From positions 1 to 36,395 of the forward strand of contig JAZNGO010000104.1 in NCBI GenBank assembly GCA_045576515.1: DNA of 36,395 nt, in the 5' to 3' direction. Below the pieces are notes generated by a model. It was not told the origin of the DNA, ran no database searches, and worked only from the letters and a program-made list of their open reading frames with translations. The translations under genes were made by a program, and so were the position numbers. Below, piece after piece: positions 36,150-36,395 of this stretch (positions are counted from its first letter, which is position 1; the number at the start of each line of letters is the position of its first letter). The stretch is from Candidatus Nanosyncoccus sp. (lineage in GTDB: Bacteria > Patescibacteriota > Saccharimonadia > Saccharimonadales > Saccharimonadaceae).

Positions 36150-36395
36150 ATGCAAAGTAACATAACGTTACATATCGTAGAACCAGGTTCTACACCAGTA
36201 GTGCCAGATACTGGGCTCTTTACGAGCGGAATCGGTGGCACCGAAGCCACTATGCTTGGCATATCACTAATAGCCTTATTGGCTGTAGCAGCTATATATA
36301 TATATATATATATATAGGAAGCACAAACATGCTAGCTTTCTAGCACATATTAAAACAACCTTTAAATCTAAGAAACGTACCGCAGTGAGCTTGGT
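36150..36395 (+). pseudogene. 5' part of a membrane/surface-protein gene, out of frame at a (TA)12 tract (phase-OFF or assembly error)
   Basis: SD AAAGGA; MQSNITLHIV...VPDTGLFT...TM helix; stop TAG at 36315-36317. The frame starting AGG 36316 (RKHKHASF...) stays open to the window end. Confidence 0.65.
36293..36316. repeat. (TA)12 simple sequence repeat
   Basis: 24-nt perfect dinucleotide run inside a coding region. Confidence 0.95.

Overview
Chromosomal segment that looks like a host-associated Candidatus Saccharibacteria (CPR/TM7) genome. This is an inference from gene content: a monoderm-type type IV pilus locus with no pilQ in the window, CPR-style pilins, compact genes, and code 11 with TGA used as a stop. 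Contents in order: the 3' part of a repeat-containing FISUMP surface protein ending in a DGR-like variable region; ftsK; a three-gene module around a four-domain putative cell-wall hydrolase; rpsF-ssb-rpsR-efp-tlyA; a type IV pilus locus (pilM/N/O/B/T/C, four major-type pilins, pilD, four minor pilins); tRNA-Ile(UAU); a Xer-family recombinase; ackA; a polar amino-acid ABC transporter; tRNA-Arg(CCU) with a 65-bp-period array built from its own 3' end; a PrsA/SurA-like gene; luxS; an HExxH protein pair; and the start of a surface-protein gene interrupted by a (TA)12 tract. The strongest candidate for a new system is an invertible promoter between two divergent pilin genes, bounded by inverted 28-bp 11-6-11 (dif-like) sites, which would form a pilin switch. 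A ~150-nt structured repeat with compensatory base changes occurs twice. No database searches or folding programs were run; all calls come from reading motifs by eye.
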